From contig JAGIQG010000043.1 of NCBI GenBank assembly GCA_024679065.1, positions 2,294,001 to 2,358,000 of the forward strand: DNA of 64,000 bases. The letters run 5' to 3'. Below the pieces are notes generated by a model. That model was given only the letters and a program-made list of their open reading frames with translations. It made no database searches and was not told the DNA's origin. Of the stretch, positions 39,801 to 50,215 are shown piece after piece. This DNA comes from Sphyrna mokarran (Eukaryota). The translations under genes were made by a program, and so were the position numbers. Each line of letters starts with the position of its first letter. Positions within the stretch are counted from its first letter, which is position 1.

Positions 39801-41457
39801 GTAACTCCTGACGGTGTAGGTCCCGTCTGGCTCCACTGTCCCCGAATCGGTCTGTCCCTCGGTATCCCGCCCTGAAACACTCCAGCAGATGGGAAAGGAA
39901 TCGGGAGGCACGCCTCTGACCAGGCACATCAACAGGACTCTTTCCATGGCGGGAATCTCATCCAGCGGCGGGGTGAGGAGGAATATGGAGGGAGAACCCG
40001 CTAAATCCGGCAAATGAAACGGAGAACACTCATTAACTGGTGGAACAGGACACCTTACTTGCTCTGAGATACCCACTGCAATGGAATATTTATGGGGTTT
40101 ACCTGTAATCACTAATTTCGAGCCATTTCCGAATATTTGGGTCATGTTCTGATAAATGTGCTTTGCACAGTAATACATCCCAGAGTCATTTATTCGGGAA
40201 TCCGTAATGATTAGTGAATAAAGACGCCCTTTTTCAGAAATCTGGCTGGAAAATCTCCCCTGAGCTTGGCTGTGCTGGGACGCTCTGTAAATGAAATCCA
40301 TACCGTTTCTCCCCCTCTGTCTGTACCAGAAGACAGGACCAGCAGCTTGACGCTGGATGCGGCAGTTGAGATTAACAAGACTCCCCGCAGGGAGCGTCTG
40401 AACCGGCGGAAACTGGGACACGCTGACCTGAGACATTGTACCTGGGAAAGAGAAAGAGAGAGAACAGCAGTCACCTCAGATTATGGAGCATTGGCTGAAT
40501 CCCTACAGTGCAGAAAGAGGCCATTTGGTCCATCGAGTCTGCACTGATCACAATCCTACTCCCGCAATATTTACACTTCTAATCCCCTGTTAGGAAGGAG
40601 CAGTGTAGCGTGGCTATTCAAACTAACCCACGCACCTTTAGAATTTGGGAGAAAGAGGAGCAGCAGGAGGAAACCCACGCAGACATGAGGAGAACGTACA
40701 AACCCTGCACGGCCATCCAATCCTGGCGGTGTAATGTGATAGTGTTAACCACTGTGCCGCTGAGATGTTCCAGCACTTTCTATTTTTGCCTCCGTTGTTT
40801 TCCTCCGTTGACTTTGGGCGCCAAAGTCTGTTCGAGAATTTATAACTGAGTCTGAAGTTTTACTTGTAAAATTTTCTCTTCCACGTGGCCAATATTGTTA
40901 AGGGAGCCTATTCACACTGCATACCTCAGGAGAAATGGCAAATCCGATTATTTCCATTCTAATCATTGTTATGAACCGACGTTGCATTTTCTCAGTAACA
41001 TTTGATTCATTGTTAAGTTAAACTTGCACGCTAAATCACAACTTAGAGAACCGCTGAAGCCCGGGATGGGGGACCGTTCAGCCCTTCCAATTTGAGTTAA
41101 ATCTGTGAAAGATTTCGCTCACACTATTGAATTTCCCCCTTCAAATTTGTATCCAATCCCCCATTTTGATAGTTCCATTTCCCCCGTTTGAAAGTTCCTA
41201 TAGGATCTACTTCCTCCAGCCTTTGAGGCAAAGACTTCCAGATCACAGCAGCTCAGATGCGTTAAAAAAATCCCCTAATTTCCATCTCTGTTACTATTAC
41301 CAAACTCATATTCCCTTGGTTCCAGTAATTCCTGCCCATGCAAACAGTTTCTGCCTCTTCGCTCTATCCGCAACCTTCTCCCCATTCTATCTGAATATAA
41401 TGAGGATATCTCACCCTGGAAGAGATGGAACAATGCACAGATACCGACGAAACCCAT
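33778..41457 (-). CDS. Gene B: non-rearranging antigen-receptor-like IgSF receptor (leader-VJ-C1-TM-cytoplasmic ITIM/ITSM-like), 6 coding exons, predicted 303 aa
   Basis: Exons 41457-41415, 40441-40103, 40000-39695, 38272-38153, 38014-37956 and 33822-33778. Phases 1,1,1,1,0; 912 nt with no internal stop. Confidence 0.83.
34430..35370. mobile_element. Old CR1 3' fragment (- strand, ~34430-34925) abutting a Rex1-type 3' end (+ strand)
   Basis: ALEGVQRRFTRLTPG on -; LLPSGKRYKSLRSGTNRLKNRFF on +. Confidence 0.65.
35285..35665 (+). repeat. ~96-bp tandem array of a LINE 3'UTR unit (4 copies; a fifth at ~37655-37760 beyond the CR1)
   Basis: cttttcactgtatcccaatacatgtgacaataataaatc recurs at ~95-96-nt spacing. 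Confidence 0.75.
35666..37645 (-). mobile_element. 5'-truncated young CR1 LINE in the last intron of gene B
   Basis: 497-aa RT ORF (35765-37258) plus a frameshifted upstream part; (GAACATA)n tail on +. Interrupts a ~96-bp tandem array. Confidence 0.95.
37956..38014 (-). CDS. Gene B exon 5, cytoplasmic (GTANSDEELTESREHKQNKE)
   Basis: Acceptor ctctttctaacag, donor GAG|GTGAAT; phase 1 to 0. Confidence 0.78.
38153..38272 (-). CDS. Gene B exon 4, stalk Cys + transmembrane (DSPFSPTCHLLFSGGLSAAALLLLGLILAAGRRICRNRQR)
   Basis: Acceptor ttttttgcag, hydrophobic stretch followed by an Arg-rich stop-transfer segment, phase 1-1. Confidence 0.87.
38640..39150 (+). repeat. ~52-bp tandem array in the C-TM intron of gene B
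   Basis: Same unit, about 10 diverged copies. Confidence 0.85.
39695..40000 (-). CDS. Gene B exon 3, Ig C1-set-like domain
   Basis: SPSIFLLTPP...LMCLVRG...CWSVSG...PDGTYTVRSYI...TWRSGARCTCTV. Acceptor atttag, weak donor G|GTACCT. Confidence 0.9.
40103..40441 (-). CDS. Gene B exon 2, single-exon VJ domain
   Basis: QVSVSQFP...VNLNC...VFWYRQ...GRFS...YSLII...NDSGMYYC-AKHIYQNMTQI-FGNGSKLVIT. Strong acceptor ctctttcccag, donor G|GTAAA. Confidence 0.95.
41415..41457 (-). CDS. Gene B exon 1, signal peptide MGFVGICALFHLFQ
   Basis: Strong gcaATGG context and phase-1 donor G|GTGAGA. Splices to GTMS-QVSVSQ, a typical Ig signal cleavage context. Confidence 0.82.
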
Positions 41458-42162
41458 TGCCCTTGAGCGAGACCATGAGCGTCTGAGCCCTTGATATAAA
41501 TTTCACTGAGAACTCGCTCTTGTTCTCTCTGTGTGGGGGAGGTGTGAAAGACGCACGCCTTGTACGTGAATGAAAACACGACAGGGGTTTGAAAATAGAA
41601 CCGAGGTAGAGAGCTCTCCGCGGTTTTCCTGTTTATTACAGGCCCAGTGCTGGCGAGCATTCGGCATGTTCTCCAAAATGCCTCAAATATCTCACTCACA
41701 TCAACTACACCAGACATGGAGGGCAGAGCGCGGTTCTTCTGAATCTGGTAAGGGTTCCCAGGTTGTGGAAAAGGTGCAGTTAACTTTTCACAACGAATGA
41801 TACCAGAAATGAGAGCGTGCAACTGTCAGTGAGCCTTGAGGAGGTTGGTGTTCTGTATCTCTGAAGGAAAAATTGAAAATTGAGGGCTGATCTACTGAAA
41901 TATTTGCAATTATGAAATGGTTCAACAAGGCAGAAGTAGGATTCCAAAATATTGCAGGATGAGTTTGTCACTAAGCAGGAATTCAGGACAAAAATGTAAC
42001 TTGGAGGAATGGGGAGATATGGAAGTCGGTTGCGTAGAGAATACTTCTGATTGGATTAGAATTGATTTGGTTTCTAACTGTCACATGTATTTTAATAGAG
42101 TGAAAAGTATTGTTTCTTGCGCGCCATGCACTCAAAGCCTACTGTTCAGAGAGTACATACAA

Positions 42163-43120
42163 CTGTTTGTAATTTTTATAAATGATCTGGGTGAGGGTAT
42201 TGAAGGATGGATTAGTAAATTTGCAGATGACACTAAAGTCGGTGGAGTGGTAGATAGTGAAGAGGGGTGTTATAGTTTGCAGAGGGACTTGGACAAGTTG
42301 CAGAGCTGGGCCGAGAGGTGGCAAATGGAGTTTAATGTGGAAAAGTGTGAGGTAATGCACTATGGCAGAAATAATAAATGTGTAGAGTATAGGGCAAATG
42401 GTAGGATTCTTAGTAGTCTAGATGAACAGAGGGATCTTGGTGTGTATGTGCATAGATCCCTGAAAGTAGGCAGTCAGGTCGAGAAGGTTGTTAGGAAGGC
42501 ATATGGAGTCTTGGCTTTTATTGGTAGAGGGATTGAATTTCGGAGCCGCAACGTCATGTTGCAACTGTACAAAACTCTAGTGCGGCCGCACTTGGAGTAT
42601 TGTGTGCAGTTCTGGTCCCCACATTATAAGAAAGATGTGGAGGCATTGGAGAGGGTACAGAGGAGGTTTACCAGGATGTTGCCTGGTATGGAGGGCAGGT
42701 CTTATGAAGAGAGGCTGAGGGATTTGAGGTTGTTTTCGTTAGAAAGGAGGCGGCTAAGAGGGGACCTAATCGAAACATATAAGATGATTAGAGGTTTAGA
42801 TAGGGTGGACAGTGATAGCCTTTTTCCTAGGATGGAGAAAGCTAGCACGAGGGGACACAGCTTTAAATTAAGGGGTGATAGTTATAGGACGGATATCAGA
42901 GGTAGGTTCTTTACCCAAAGGGTGGTTCGGGAGTGGAATGCCCTGCCTGCAGCAGTTGTAGATGCGCCAAGTTTGGTGGCGTTTAAGAGGTTAGTTGATA
43001 AGTATATGGAAGAGAAGGGAATGGTTTAGTTTGGAGGGGCATTGCTTTTTATATTGGTCGGCGCAACATCGAAGGCCGAAGGGCCTGTTCTGTGCTGTAA
43101 TGTTCTATGTTCTATGTTCT
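42163..43120 (+). mobile_element. CR1 3' fragment ~0.7 kb upstream of the gene B ATG
   Basis: RT C-terminus in ORF 41917-43029 (from LFVIFINDL onward); (TTCTATG)n tail. Confidence 0.95.
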
Positions 43121-44099
43121 AACCGATTTATTATTGTTACATGTACTGGAATAGAGTGAAAAGTATTGTTCCTTGAGCGCTAAACAGACAACACATGCCG
43201 TTCATAGAATATATAGATTTGATTTATTAATGTCGCATGTATTACAATACATTGGAAAGTATTATTTTTTACAGACAGAACATACTGTTCATCGAGAAGG
43301 AAAAGAGAATGTAGCGTCACAATCGTAACCAGACTGAACAGAAAGTTCAACATAATGCAAGGTGGGCGCATTTTTCGTTTATAATAATACGTGACAATAA
43401 TAAATCAAACCAAATCAAATTAAAACGCGCCCTTTAAAAAAATCGCACTATTAAAATCGTTCTGATTATGGCGTTAGTTGCCCCATTTTCCTCCTCATGT
43501 CCGCTTGAGATGAATGACAGAGATATATTTTAACTGGGTAGCTGGATAGACAGAAAGGAGAGAAAGGAGTAGAAGGATATGTTGATGGGGTGGTAGAAAG
43601 AAGGAATGGGGTACTTCTGGAACATTGACAGCAGCTGATAGGTCGAATGGTCCAAAACTGTTCTGTGCTTTATATACAATTCTGTTCGAAAAACATGAAA
43701 TCAAAGCCATCCTTTGGTACCCTGATATGTGAACAATTAGTGCTGCCTCCATGCTTTACATGCGTTGCAACAGGGCATTGTCCACATTATTTCAGAGACT
43801 TTACAATTGTCTAGTTTAATGTTGAGCTTGGCCCAAATATAGGATGTCCCCAGGTTCTTGGTAGCCGGTGATATGTCGTTTGCAAATGCACTTAATTTGA
43901 TATGTAAGAGATTCAGTCAGGTTCGTGCAAAACGGGATGCTCAAAACTGACAATTGGTAAAGTTTGGATAAGTTAACTTATAGAAGCATCAAACTCCTAT
44001 AGCGCAGAAGGAACGCCATTCAGCCCATTGAGCCTGCACTGCCAGCAAACACACCCAGGCGCTATCACCGTGATCCCACATACTTCACCTGCAAATTCC

Positions 44100-44370
44100 C
44101 CTGACACTAAGAGACAATTTAGCATGTCCAATCCACCAAACATGCACATCTTTATCCACAAAGGCACAATTTAGCATGGACAATCCGGTGTCCTGCACAT
44201 TTTTGGATAGTTGTGGACAATTTAACTTGACCAATTCACGTAACCTGCACATCTTTGGACACTAAAGGACAAGTTTCTCATGGCCAATCAGACAACCATC
44301 ACATATTTGGCCACTCAGGGACAATTTTGCACGACCAATCCAGAATACCTGCACATCTTTAGATACTAAG
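44100..44370 (+). repeat. ~52-bp tandem array
   Basis: Same unit, about 5 copies. Confidence 0.75.
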
Positions 44371-47300
44371 CCTAATAGAGGTGTATAAAATTATAAAGGG
44401 CACAGGTAGGGTGAAATTTTCTCCAGGTCGGACGTGACGAGAACAGGGGGTCTTAGATTCAAGGCTGAGGGGGGAGGGGGCAAGGTTCAACGCAAATGTC
44501 AGGGGAACGTATTTTACACAGAGGGTGGTGGGGGCCTGGAATGCCCTGCAAGTATGGTGGTTAAGGTGGACACGCTGGGAATGTTTAAGACTTATCTATA
44601 TAGCCACGTGACTAGACTGGGAATAGAAGGAAGCAAACGAATGATCTAATTGGTCACATGAGCGGCACAGGCTTGCAGGGCCAAAGGGCCATCTTCTGCG
44701 CTGTACTGTTCTTTGTTCGAAGGGCAATTAAGCATGGTCTATTCACCTAATTGCACATTGTTGGGCATTGACATTTAAACTTACAGTGTGCTAATTTACA
44801 GATCCTGTCCCAGACACCTCATTCGCCATTTTGATTAATTCCTGTTGCTTCTTTTGACAAATTTTCTTAAATCAATGCCATGCAACTCTCGATATTTTGC
44901 CCTTTTCACAAATATGGTGTTCGTTCTTTTTTACAGAAATGACAAAACGTGATAGAACACAGAAACAGACAAGGTTCTAAACACAAAACCAAATAAAAGT
45001 AACGCGATTTGTTCTATTGAAGCTAAGCTTCGTCCTTTATCTTAATATAGGTTATCTTAATATCGGGAGAGTAATATTGTTTATTTATCATTGCGCTTCT
45101 AGAAAGCCAGCACACCCTTTACTGTGTAAAAAAACTTCCTTTATATGACAAACAAGCCTACTTAAATAGCAGGTGCCTTGTTACTTGTTCTCTACCATCC
45201 AAGACCATCTCTACACAGTTTAGTGGTGGCACTTGCTGTCGACAGTATGATGTTCAGTTGACATTCCTGATTAACAAGTAACCAAGGGGTGGTAGTTATA
45301 GGGCGGATTTCAGAGGTTGGTTCTCTACTCACAGGGTAGTAAGGGCGTGGAATGCCCTGCCTGCAGCAGTTGTGGACTCGCCAACTTTCAGGGCGTTCAA
45401 ATGGTCAGTGCATAGGCATATGAATAACATTGGAATAGTTTAGGTTCGAGGGTCATTAGATTGGTTCCACTGGTCGGTGCAACATCGTGGGCCGAAGGGT
45501 CTCTGTAATGTTCTACATGCTATGTTTTATGTTCCATGTCCTACATTCTATTACTGATTAATCTGTGTACTTGGGCACAGTACATTTGGTCCCCAACTCC
45601 TAATAATCTATCATTGATCGCTTGAAAGATAAAGTTGGCCTGTGATGAGATACTGGGAAAATTATGCTAAATTCTCCGTAGAACAGGAAAATGAGACTTC
45701 AACGCATTGAAACAAAATATTTTGAAGGATGGTGACATGCCAGATCCAAAATAATTCGATTCCCCCTTGGCTGGAAAATATGTCACATAATCTCAGGGTA
45801 AAGAAATTGCTATTTCAGAATGAGAGGAGAAGAATTTTCTGCGCTAGAAGATATTGGATCTTTGGGATCCACCCAAGTGACCTGTCGATGTTCAGTCACT
45901 CATAACCCGATCCCTGGTGCAGTGAGACAGCGGTGCTATCCACTGTGTCACCGTGCCGCCCAGGAACTTAGACAATGGAGTAAAAATCAACAGTGACTGG
46001 CACAAGCGGGATCAATGAATTTCATGTTTTTGCTGGAAAATAGGAGCTCAAACTATGGATCAAACACCTAGGCTCAAAATTCAAATGTTAAAGATCAAAA
46101 CACATTGTGTAAAATGTATTTTGAGTGGGAGCTACTCGTTCTATTATGAAACAAGAAACTAGTTAATATCTTTAAGACGCGAATATTAGAGGAACATGAA
46201 TACAGATGTCTCAGTTTGACATCCCATTAAGATCAGCCGCTTTAGTGAAACAAAACCCGAATTAGGATACGGTTTAGAACACGGTTTTCCGTGATACTTA
46301 CTGCAAAGCGTCAACATGCACCAACCTAACAGAACGAAAACGCTTAGAAACTGCTGGTGGATCAAATCTTTCATGTTTGTGAGACTCTCATTCGATAGTT
46401 GAACCAATGAGAATATTGAAACAGCAAAATCAATGTTTTACTCTCTCTACAAGGCCCTGTAGCAGTTATTCCACCTGGGAGCGTTCAAAAGAATAAGGAA
46501 CAAAGCTGGTAGACCAGAGCTAGATCCATACATCTTAAACTGAAGGCCCTGGTAGAACGAATTAGTGCCACAACAGGTTGGGAGGTGAACAGAGAGGGTG
46601 CTCCTTCCGGAATGGTTGAAATGCTCTGCAAAAAAAGCTATGACCTTTCAAGTCAAGGAAAATACTCATGAGATTTTGCAGCAGAGAGCGGGGCTTGGCA
46701 GCAGATAGAGAAAGACAGAGAGGCGTTGGCTGTGGCCACGCTCGCATGGTATGACCTTAAGAAAGACGCCTCACTCACAGCCATTTCAGGGAGTGTGCAA
46801 AGCACAGCAAAGCAGAAATCGCTGGTCGAGATTCTGACAAGGTTGAGACAGAAAGTTGTCCGAGACAGCAGCTCAATGTGGTTTTTCGTTTGTTTACAGT
46901 TGAGGTGCTCCACCTACTCAACTGCCTCCAGACATCAGAAGCTGAGACACAATGTAAAACCGCAGACAGTTGAGCATTCGAGATAGATTTAGCAGCACAA
47001 AGAACCTGCTGGTTTACAGTTAATCCAGGAAACTATTCAAAAGAAAATTGGTCACTATTTGTAAGCATTCCTAGCGTTGAGTACAATTAGCAGAAACCCC
47101 CTCTGATTCACAGCAGACACAATCATTTCATCTGCAGGTCAGAGGAACTGCAGTTTGTACATTCTACACTCAAGCAGCAAATCACTGAGAGTCCCAACAC
47201 AATTTCAATCAAGTCACATATAATTCATAGAATATTTTCAGTACTGTTTACGAGTCAGCCTGCATCAGGAATCGTGTGCAATCTCTTTACAGAATGAATT

Positions 47301-47779
47301 AGATTGAACAGAATTACATTATGGCAAGCTGGCACAGCTTTTAGCAGCGCTGCTTCACAGCGCCTGGACCCTGGCTTCGATTCCTACCTTGGGTGGCTGC
47401 GTGGAGTTTATACACTCTCCTCATGTCTGCGCAGGTTTCCTCAGGTGCACCGTTTCCTTCCACAATCTGAAAATGTGGATTGGCCCTGCTAAATTGCCCC
47501 TTCTTGCCCAAAGATGCATCGTTTCGCCTGATTAGCCATGCTAAATTATCCCTTAGTGTTCAAACATGTGCAGTGTAGGAGGATTGATCATGCCCAACTA
47601 CCCTTTAGTGCCTTACGATGTGCCAGATAGATGGATTGGTAATGCTAAATTCATAGGATAGGATCATAGAACCCCTGCAATGTAGAGTTGCCCCTTAGGG
47701 TCCCATGGTGCGTAGGGCAAGATGATTTACCATGCTAAATTGATATGGAGATGCAGGCTTTGGACTGAATCGACCGTTA

Positions 47780-48462
47780 ATGTCCAAAGATGTGCAGGTT
47801 AGGTTGATTGGCTGTGCTAAACTGTCCCTTAGTATCCAAAAATGTGCAAGTTTGTTGGGGGTGGGTGGGGGGGGGGATGGCCATGCTAAATTGCCCCTTA
47901 GTGTCCAAAGATGTGCAGGTTAGAGTGGATTGGCCATGCTAAATTGCCCCTATGTATCCAAAGATGTGCAAGTTAGGTGGATTGGCCATGCTAAATTGCC
48001 CCTTAGTGTCCAAAGATTTGCAAGGTAGATGCATTGGCCATGCTAAATTGCCTCTTAGTGTCCAAAGATGTGTAATTAGGTGGATTGGCCAAGCTTAGTT
48101 GTCCCTTAGTGTCCAAAAATGCGCGGATTCGGTGGATTGGCTGCGCTAAATTGGCCTTTAGTGTCCAAAGGTGTGCAGGTTAGGAGGATTGGTCGTATTA
48201 AATTGTCCCTTGGTGTCCAAAGATGAGCAGGTTACGTGGATTGGCTGTGCAAAATTGTCCCTTAGTGTTCAAAGATGTGTAGGTTAGGTGGATTGGCCAT
48301 GTTAAATTGCCTCTTAGTGTCCAAAGATGTGCGGATTAGATGGATTGGCTATGCTAAATTGCTCCTTAGTGTCCAAAGATGTGCAGGTTAGGGTGGATTG
48401 GCCATGCTAATTTGCCCCTTAGTGTCCAAAGATATGTAGCTTAGATGGATTGGCCATGGTAA
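47780..48462 (-). repeat. ~52-bp tandem array, reverse orientation
   Basis: tgtccaaagatgtgcaggttaggtggattggccatgctaaattgccccttag repeated about 13 times. Confidence 0.88.
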
Positions 48463-48955
48463 ATCTGCGCTGTTATGGAGGTAAGGTGGAATGATGTGGA
48501 TCTGGGTACATTGGTTCTTCCTCCTGCACAGTCGGCAATCTATGATTATATTCTGAATTCCTGCCAATTCACATATGAACACAGAGAGTTCTATCCCCAG
48601 ATGACAGGGTCAGATTAACTGGCATTCTAAGATGAGAAAGTACCCCTCGAAGCTGCGAGACATTCTGATTTGGAAGCAAACCACCAACTATTCCATCACT
48701 ATCCCGGTTACAAATCTGGCAACTAATCCCTAAAATGAACGGTGAGCGAACACAGGGGTTAAAAAGGGCGGGTCATCATGGAGTCATCAAATGATACAGT
48801 GCAGAAGGGTGTCATTCGGCCTATCGAGTCAGCACCGGTCACAATTCCACGCAGGCCCTATCTCCATCACCAACATATTTACCATAGCTAGTCCCTCTGA
48901 TACTAAGGGGCAATTTAGCATGGCCAGTTCACCTAACCTGCGCATCTTTGGACAG

Positions 48956-49210
48956 CTCAAACCCAGAGAGTTTTGTCTCTTTCAGATACAGTGCAAATTA
49001 TGACGGGCTGCGCAATGGAAAGTATGACACAAGATTGTTGCGGTGTGCCGGTGAATTCCACATTCACTTCTCACAGTGTGCGTCACAGCGATGAACAGAC
49101 AGCATGTCTTCAGGGAGTGTTACAGTACGTTAATTCTGTGTTGATATATTTTCATTTTAGCAAAATTTCAATTCATTTGCGGGATGTGAATTCCTTAGCA
49201 AGGACAAAGT
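48956..49210 (-). promoter_or_regulatory. Truncated paralogous A-type promoter copy (leader missing)
   Basis: Reverse complement of ~2808-3068. Similarity stops at a SINE fragment (~48795-48953). Confidence 0.55.
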
Positions 49211-49212
49211 GT

Positions 49213-50172
49213 ACATAGAACATAGAACATAGAACAATACAGCACAGAACAGGCCCTTCGGCCTTCGATGTTGTGCCGACCAAAATAAAAAGCAATGCCC
49301 CTCCTAACTAAACCATTCCCTTCTCTTCCATATACTTATCAACTAACCTCTTAAACGCCACCAAACTTGGCGCATCTACAACAGCTGCAGGCAGGGCATT
49401 CACTCCCTAATCACTCTTTGAGTAAAGAACCTACCTCTGATATCCGTCCTATAACTCATACCCCTTAATTTAAAGTTGTGTCCCCTCGTGCTAGCTTTCT
49501 CCATCCTAGGAAAAAGGCTATCACTGTCCACCCTATCTAAACCTCTAATCATCTTATATGCTTCAATAAGATCCCCTCTTAGCCGCCTCCTTCTAACGAA
49601 AACAACCTCAAATCCTTCAACCTCTCTTCATAGGACCTGCCCTCCATACCAGGCAACATCCTGGTAAACCTCCTCTGTACCCTCTCCAATGCCTCCACAT
49701 CTTTCTTATAATGTGGCGACCAGAACTGCACACAATACTCCAAGTGCGGCCGCACTAGAGTTTTGTACAGCTGCAACATGATGCTGCGGCTCCTAAATTC
49801 AATCCCCCTACCAATAAAAGCTAAGACTCCATAAGCCTTCTTAACAACTTTATCCACTTGACTGCCTACTTTCAGGGATCTATTGACACATACACCAAGA
49901 TCCTTCTGTTCCTCAACACTATTAAGAGCCCTACCATTAGCCCTATACTCTACACATTTATTGTTCCTGCCAAAGTGCATTACCTCACACTTTTCCACAT
50001 TAAACTCCATTTGCCACCTCTCGGCCCAGCTCTGCAACTTGTCCAAGTCACTCTGTAAACTAAAACACCCCTCTTCACTATCTACCACACCACCAACTTT
50101 AGTATCATCTGCAAATTTACTGATCCATCCCTCAATACCCTCATCCAGATCATTTATAAAAATTACAAACAG
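49213..50172 (-). mobile_element. CR1 3' fragment
   Basis: ORF 49579-50223 RT C-terminus; (GAACATA)n tail at 49213. Confidence 0.93.
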
Positions 50173-50215
50173 CATTTTACAGCAAATTACAACAGTAGTA
50201 AGGCATTCGGTAATG

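Noticed and set aside
39636-40436. 266-aa ORF as a complete single-exon gene
   Set aside because: It is a V exon, an in-frame intron and a C exon. A separate leader exon and TM exon with matching phases exist.
41917-43029. 370-aa ORF as a host-RT fusion protein
   Set aside because: The N-terminal ~80 aa are chance read-in from flanking repeat DNA into a truncated CR1; the RT domain is incomplete.
47780-48462. Regularly spaced repeats resembling a CRISPR array
   Set aside because: Contiguous ~52-bp tandem units without unique spacers, derived from a SINE body in a vertebrate context; no cas genes.
49072-49100. CACAGTG heptamers (also ~3810, ~13720, ~29658, ~56302) as recombination signal sequences
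   Set aside because: I saw no convincing nonamer at 12/23 spacing, and none abuts a V or J coding end.
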